From: Patescibacteria group bacterium
Lineage (GTDB): Bacteria; Patescibacteriota; Patescibacteriia; PEXW01
DNA length: 36,610 nucleotides
Direction of reading: 5' to 3'
Assembly (NCBI GenBank): GCA_038065015.1
Contig: JBBTRU010000056.1
Location: 1 to 36,610, forward strand
In this document: piece by piece, positions 36,092 to 36,610 of the stretch
How the letters are laid out: every line of letters starts with the position of its first letter
How positions within the stretch are numbered: the stretch's first letter is position 1
Notes under the pieces: generated by a model
What the model was told of the DNA's origin: nothing
The model's database searches: none
The model's input: the letters and a program-made list of their open reading frames with translations, nothing else
Translations under genes and position numbers: made by a program

Positions 36092-36610
36092 GGCGTCGTC
36101 ACCTCCAGAGTCACGGGCACGCTTTGCTCTTTGCCATCGCGGCGGTACGTGAGGGTGGCGACGCCTCGGGCAACAACCGCTTGCACCGCGTCCGAAAGCG
36201 AGTAGGTAGACGTGAGCACCTGGTCGTTGACCTTCAGGATTACATCGCCCGAACGCACACCCGCGCGCTCCGCCGGACTTTTGGCTTTGACGGCGGGGGT
36301 GGTGTTATCGCCCGCAATCAGGGCGCCGGCATCCCCTTCGGCCGCCGGTTTAATAAGCAGGCCTTTCGCCACCGCCAAATCGATATACCGCACGCCGAGA
36401 ATGTTCCGGCTCACCCCGCCGGTCTTCTGCATGCGCTGCAGTCCGCTCTGGATAGTGTTGACCGGTATGCAATCTCCGTCCGTGCCCGTATGAATGCACA
36501 CAATTTTTCCGTCCGTGGTAAACACTGGTGCCCCGGCAATCTCCAGGGCGGCTTTGGTCTGCAGCAGCGTATGCAGGCGCTCGCTCGAGCGCAGCAGGTC
36601 GGCGCGGCTA
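36088..36610 (-). CDS. 3' part of an HtrA/DegP-like protein with PDZ domain; catalytic-Ser motif degenerate
   Basis: Frame is open to the window edge and reads LLQTKAALEIAGAPVFTTDGKIVCI, then PDZ motifs LGVRY and SPAERAGVRSGDVILKVN. ATGA overlap with the S8 gene. Confidence 0.8.
   Translation of the reverse strand, partial: SRADLLRSSERLHTLLQTKAALEIAGAPVFTTDGKIVCIHTGTDGDCIPVNTIQSGLQRMQKTGGVSRNILGVRYIDLAVAKGLLIKPAAEGDAGALIAGDNTTPAVKAKSPAERAGVRSGDVILKVNDQVLTSTYSLSDAVQAVVARGVATLTYRRDGKEQSVPVTLEVTTP

Overview
A large cell-surface glycan biosynthesis locus from a bacterium whose gene content suggests Patescibacteria/CPR (inference only). A ~19 kb plus-strand operon with an AT-richer core (4657-23649) encodes a GDP-colitose-type pathway (gmd, colD, fcl/colC), a cupin/ATP-grasp/epimerase/two-aminotransferase module, Wzm/Wzt, a GT11 and several GT2/GT4 enzymes. 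It sits inside a minus-strand array. The right-hand part of that array has a degenerate HtrA-PDZ, an S8 protease with FG-GAP repeats, GtrA, polyprenol-phosphate GT2s, DUF2304, a GT-C-like membrane protein and a UDP-HexNAc dehydrogenase split by a 478-aa LAGLIDADG intein at its catalytic Cys. The left-hand part has unknown membrane proteins, rfbC, a hicBA toxin-antitoxin pair, rfbB and the start of a DUF6922-like gene. Non-coding features are four sigma70-like promoters, an operator-like palindrome, a terminator and a GTAG-type REP doublet. No rRNA, tRNA, CRISPR array, integrase or transposase was seen. All family calls come from motif recognition by eye, not database searches.
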